Positions 59,052 through 64,000 of a stretch of DNA of 64,000 nt are shown here, in pieces; position 1 is the first letter of the stretch, and each line of letters opens with the position of its first letter. Below the pieces are notes generated by a model. That model worked only from the letters and a program-made list of their open reading frames with translations. It had not been told where the DNA came from and did not search any database. The position numbers and the translations under genes are program-made. This DNA comes from Scenedesmus sp. PABB004. Its lineage: Eukaryota. The stretch spans positions 1 to 64,000 of the forward strand of contig JABVCE010000029.1 in NCBI GenBank assembly GCA_014905635.1. Reading direction: 5' to 3'.

Positions 59052-60270
59052 CTACTGCTTGTTCAGCAGCGCCTTGGCCTCCGCCTGCTGCGCGGCGAGC
59101 GCCTCGCTCGTGTACTTGGCCAGCAGCTCCTGCTTCTTCTTCGCCAGCACCAGCTGCTCGATCGCCCGCTGGTCCGGCAGCGGCACGTACGCGACAAACT
59201 GCTGCTCGCCGGCCTCGCCGCCGTCGGCGCCGTCGGCGCCGCCGCCGCCGCCCCCCGCCTTGCCGCGGCGCGCCTTGTCCGTCACGCCCGCGAGCGCGGC
59301 GTTGCGCTCGGCCTCCTTCTCGCGCCACTCGGCCTCCGCCTGCGGCCGCAGCGTCGGCGGCGGCGGCGGCGGCAGCGTCGGCGCCGCGCTCCCTGCGCCG
59401 CGCCTGGGCCGCGCGACGGCCTCCCGCCCGCCCTCTCGCTCCCGCCCGCCCCCGCTCACCGCCGCGAGCAGCGCGCCCTGCGCCTCCGCCTCGACGCGCA
59501 GCAGCAGGCCGTCCTCCTCGTCCTTGAAGCCATAGTAGTCGGGCGTGATGGACTTGTGCATCTGCATGCGCGTGCGCACCGCCTGCGCGCACGCAGCACG
59601 GCCGCGGGCGACGGCGGGGGGCCGCGTGAGCGCGGCCGCGCGCGCCGCGGCGCGCGGCAGCGTGCGCGCGGCGGCGTGCGCGCAGCGTGCACGCGCACGC
59701 ACCGGCTTGGGCGGCGCCTTTTCGAAGAGCTCCCGCACGCCCGGCAGCGTCTTGGCGGCGCCGAAGTATCGGTACCCCGGGCCCCGGCTGTCGGCGAGCT
59801 CGTTGCCCTCGCTGTCGGTGATCTTGGGCGCCGATTTTGCATAGTCTGGCCCCCCTAGCGCCACGATGCGCCGCTCCCAGTGGCCCTTCTCGCGGATGAG
59901 CTTGTTGATCTCGTCGTTCAGGTCCCGGATCCTGCGCGCCGCGCGGGCAGCGGTGGGGCGCGGCGGTCAGCTGGGCGGCTGTCTGGTCTTTGTGCGCGCC
60001 GCCGCCGCGCCGCCGGCGCCGCGCCGCTGCCGGCGGGCCCCGTGCGCGCGCGTGCGCGCGCCTGTGCTCGCCGAGGCCGGCGTTCTGGATCTCCATGACC
60101 TTCTTGCCGATCTCCCGCAGGATCTGCTGCCGCCACTTGTCGGCCTCATTGAGGTCGGTGCACTCGGACGCGAGGTACGGCCGCCGCGCCTTCTCGCCGC
60201 GCGCCTCGTCTTTTTTGCCCTGCAGGAAGCGGTTGAGCATAGACTGCGCCTTCTCCTGGTTGCGCGCCAT
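59052..60270 (-). CDS. ISY1: Pre-mRNA splicing factor ISY1, 4 exons
   Basis: MARNQEKAQSMLNRF, RRPYLASEC, EIQNAGLGEHR/IRDLNDEINKLIREKGHWERRI, GYRYFGAAKTLPGVRELFE and YYGFKDEEDG. Confidence 0.97.
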
Positions 60271-60908
60271 GGCTGCTGCTGCGCCGCGCGCCGCGCGCCG
60301 CGCGCTGCTGCTGCTGCTGCTGCCCTCGCCGCTGCTCTCGCCGCCGCCGCCGCTGCCGCGGCTGCCTCGCCGCTGGGGGCGGCGCTGCTAGTCCTGGGGC
60401 CTGACACGCGGCCTCAGGGAGGCGGGGCGCCGGGCGGTGACCGCGCGCGGGGCCCGCAGGCGGCGCAGTCGGCCGGGGATGCAGGCTCTTGCCTCCCGCG
60501 CAGGGGGCGCCTGCTGCCGTGCGCCCGGGCCTTGATCCGTGCAAGGCAGCGCGGGGGCTGTGCCACGGCCGCTGGTCTGGCGCGGTCTGGGCTCGCGAGA
60601 GCTGCTGCTGCTGCAAGAGCTGCTGAGCGAGCTCTCGCTGCTGCGGAGTGTGCGTGAGGACTGCTGGCGTGGGCTGGCGTTGTGAACGAGCGGGCGGGCG
60701 GGCAGCGCAGTTGCCGGCGCCGCGGCATGTGACGGAGCCGGCGGCGCAGCGACGCGTGGCAGCGCAGCCGCGCCTCAGTTGCACAGTTGAGCCCTGGAAC
60801 GCGATCCCCATCCATCCCGCCCGCCCGCTGCGCCCGTCAGTGTCTGTACAACGCGCCGCGGTGGCGCAACGCGCGCCGCCCGGCGCCAACACCCGCTGCC
60901 CGGCGCGG

Positions 60909-62926
60909 CTACGGCTCGAGGCGGGGGCACTTGATGTGCTTCGCCGACAGCTTGGTCTGCCCCAGGTCGGCGCCGCGGTCCCTGCGCGGCGGCGGCGGCG
61001 GCGGCGGCCGCGCTGGGCGCGCGCGCGGGGCGACACGCCACCGAGACCGGCGCGCGCCGCGCAGCGCGCGCGCGTCGGCCGCAGCAGTGTCGGCGGCAGC
61101 GCTTCGCGGCCTCACTTGAGCAGCTGCACCGTGGCCATGAAGCTCTCAAAGTTGGGCCGGTAGTGCCCGCTGTCGGCGGTGAGCTTCAGGATGCGCCCGC
61201 GCTCGACCACGATGCCGCCCGCGCTCAGCACCGCGCCGCCCTGCAGGAAGCTGCGCGCGCCGGCGCGCGCGCCGGCGGCGGCGGCAGCGCGGTCGGCCGC
61301 CGCCACGGGCGCGCGCGCCGCTGCGCCCGCCGCCGCCGCCGCGCAGCACGCGCGCACGCGGGCCGCCGCGTACCTCGAGTGGTGGAACTTGCCCCGGAAC
61401 TTGGCGTGGACAAACAGGCGCCCGCTGGTGTCCAGGACGTAAATCCACTTGCACGGCTTCTCGGCCACCCTCTCGCCCGACGCCTGCGCCACCAGCGGCG
61501 CAAAGGGCTGCTCCAGCTGCGCCGGCGCCGGCGCCGCCGCCGCCGCCAGCTGCTGCGGTTGCTGCTGCTGCGCCGCCGCCGCCGCCGCCGCCGACACCGC
61601 CGGCGGCAGCGACGGCTGGCGCTGGCTGAAGCCGGTCGTGCCGGGCGTGCCGCCGCCGGCGACGGCGCCGTACGCGGCGGCGCTGGGCGTGCCGGGCTCG
61701 CCCGCGGTCGCGGCCGCCGCGCTGCCGCCGGCGCGCGGCGTGAGGCATGCGCCGCCGTCGGGGTCGCGCATGTCAGCGTCCTCCTCCGCCGGCTGCCCCG
61801 CCGGCGCGAGCCCGCCCCGCCCCAGCGCCTGCCACTGCTGCTGCTGCTGCCCCTGCTGCTGCCCCTGCTGCTGCGCCTCGCCCGCCGGCTCCTGGCGGTC
61901 GACCGCCATCGGCTGCTGCCACAGGTCGGCCTGCAGCGCCTGCAGCGCCGCCGCCTGCGCCTGTCGCTGCTCCCGCTGACGCGGCGCTCCGTCTGGCGTC
62001 GGCGCCTCCTCCTCCTCCTCCTCCTCCTCCTCGTCGTCCTCCTCCTCCTCTTCCTGCTCCTCCCCCGCCTCCGCCACCACGGCGGCCTCCGGGATGTCCC
62101 GCAGGCCGCCCTGCGCCGCGGCGCCGGCGTCGCCGCCGCCGCCGCCCGCGCCGCTGACGCGCGGCGCGGCCGGCGCGAGCGAGAGGTCGGGGCCCGTGTG
62201 CACGGTGAGCCCGGAGAGCAGGTACACGAGCACCCCGCTGCTGGGCTCGACCGTGACCTCCAGCTGGTCGCGCTCCGCCTCCGTCAGGTACTGCACGCGC
62301 TCGCACTCCAGCCGGCTGCGCGGCACGCCCGCGTCGCACAGGTCCACGGCGCGCCCCGCGCCCTCGTCCAGCCTGCGCGCGGCGCGGGGGCGCGCGTTGG
62401 GCGCCGCTGCGCGGGCGCCGCCGCTGCGCCAGCCCGCGCCGCGCGTCGCCCAGCACGCAGCAGCGGCCCAGGCCGGCCCGGGACCAGCCCGCCCAAGGAG
62501 CCCTAGACCCCAGCGCCGCGCACCAGTAGAAGAAGCGGTCATCGGTGTGGATGCCCCGCTGCGCCGGCGCGCCCGCCAGCACGCCCAGCGGCGCAGACGC
62601 CGCGGCGTGCAGCGCCGCCGCCCCGCCGTCGCCGCTGCGGCGCGGCTTGGCGGCGCTGCCGGCGGCGGCGGCGCCCGGCTCGCCCGGCTCGCCGCAGTGC
62701 GCGGCGGCGGCGGCGGTGGTGGCGGGGTCGTCGCTCGCCGCTACGTTCGCTGCGGAGCCTGCCACGTCGGCCGCGTCCACCGGCCCGGGCGCCGACATGC
62801 TGCGCCGCGGCGTGGCGGGCGGCGCCGAGGCGCCTGCTGCGCCCCCGCCGTCCACGGCACCCTCCTGCTGCTGCTGCCCCTGCTGCTGCTCCGGCTGCTG
62901 CTGCTGTTCCTGCTGCTGCCGCTGCC

Positions 62927-62969
<43 letters not shown>

Positions 62970-63720
62970 GTGCGGTGCCACCACCGCCGCCACGGCTGCC
63001 GCCTCTGCCGCCGCGAGCGCCGCGATCTCTGGCACGGCGCTGTAGGCGATGGGCGGCGCCGCCTGCTGCGGCGCGGCGGGCGCGCGCTGGCCCTTGGCCT
63101 GCTGCGCGAGCCAGTGGTCAAAGTAGGGGCGCAGGTTTGTGCCGTAGCGGTGCTTCGGGTCGGCGGCCTCGAGCCAGTGCTCGCACTGCAGGATGAGCGC
63201 GGTGCTGTTGGCGGCGAGGCCCTGCGCCGCGCGGGAGGCCGGCGCACGGGGGCGGGCGGCGGCGCCGCGTGTGAGCGGCCGGCCGGCGCGGCGCGGCGTC
63301 GCGGCGGGCGTCGCGCGGCGCGGCGCGGCGCGGCAGCCCTCGCAGCTGCCGCGAGCGCGCGCGCCTCACCTTGCCGACGCGCGCGGCCGCCTTTTGGCCG
63401 CGCACCCAGCGCCAGTAGAGGCTGATGGAGCGCGTGAAGCCCTCCTCCACCTCGTCAGCCTCCTCCGGCGGCGGCGCGGCGCCCGGGAGCGGCGGCGGCA
63501 CCGCCGGCGCGCCAGGCTGCTGCTGCTCCCGCGCCGCCGCCGGCGGCGCGGCGGCGCTGCGGGCTTGGGCGGCCGCCAGCGCCACGGCCGCGCTGCGCGC
63601 GAGGGCGGCGCAGCCAAAGCTCTGCGGCGGCGCCTCCGCCGCTGCCGCCGCGCCCGGCGCCGCCGCCGGCTGCAGCGGGGGCTCTGCCGCCGCGGGCGCG
63701 CGGCCCGCCGGCCCCGGCAT
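60909..63720 (-). CDS. IQM-family protein, 5 exons
   Basis: AARVGK/GL, HWLEAADPKHRYGTNL, FFYW/LDEGAG, VQYLTEAER, KWIYVLD, GKFHHSS/FLQGG and SGHYRP. Confidence 0.88.
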
Positions 63721-64000
63721 GTGCCCGGCGGGTGTGTGCCCCTGCGTGGCGCGTGTTGGCGCTGCCAGATTCGGGCCGGGGCGCGCTCGATGCGGTGAGG
63801 GGTGTGCCCTGCGCGCGGGAGCACTGTCTTCTGTCTCAAGTGTCACCGGAGGAGCGCGCGGCTGTGTGGGCGCCGGGGCGCGCCGCGCGCTTCAAGCGCG
63901 ATCAATGTCACTGCGCCTGTGACGCGCGCGCTGGCCTGCGGTTCCCTGTCCTCTGCCATCGGTCAGACACGCCGCTGCCCCACTGACCCGTGACCGCGCC

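Noticed and set aside
1..64000. Hundreds of long Arg/Ala/Pro/Gly-rich ORFs on both strands, some over 1000 aa
   Set aside because: Expected from stop-codon scarcity at extreme GC. They read through introns or lie antisense to real exons, so they are not evidence of overlapping genes.
1..64000. Alternative genetic code or selenocysteine recoding
   Set aside because: All reconstructed exons translate with the standard code; the in-frame stops I met fall in introns.

Overview
Eukaryotic nuclear DNA of very high GC content (visually about 80%), gene-dense and intron-rich. It looks like a chlorophyte green alga (TGTAA poly(A) signals, CTGAC/CTCAC branch sites, a Chlamydomonas-like RSP2); Sphaeropleales/Selenastraceae is my inference. 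The six-frame ORF track is mostly noise, so I rebuilt about 20 spliced genes by eye: D-lactate dehydrogenase, a secreted beta-propeller glyco-enzyme, GUF1, a GST-like protein, RPAC1/AC40, an amidohydrolase-3, a class 3 lipase, a P2B Ca2+-ATPase, DRC11/IQCA1, a U-box protein, a 61-aa spliced microprotein, an LRR-TM-twin class III cyclase receptor, a GH1 glucosidase, mTERF, RSP2, PUS3, a TOPOVIB-like candidate, IND1/NUBPL, ISY1 and an IQM-family protein. Highlights: (1) an LRR receptor whose output is two complementary cyclase domains, head-to-head with a microprotein gene; (2) about one intron in five uses a GC donor, always after exonic AG and mostly AG|GCGCG; (3) an intronic C/D snoRNA with an LSU rRNA guide inside RPAC1; (4) a candidate transducer-only meiotic TOPOVIB-like gene plus two axonemal genes; (5) micro-exons down to 6 nt; (6) a near-perfect 38-bp hairpin flanked by direct repeats. 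Several single-base frameshifts in G/C runs are probably assembly errors. All family assignments come from motif recognition, not database searches.
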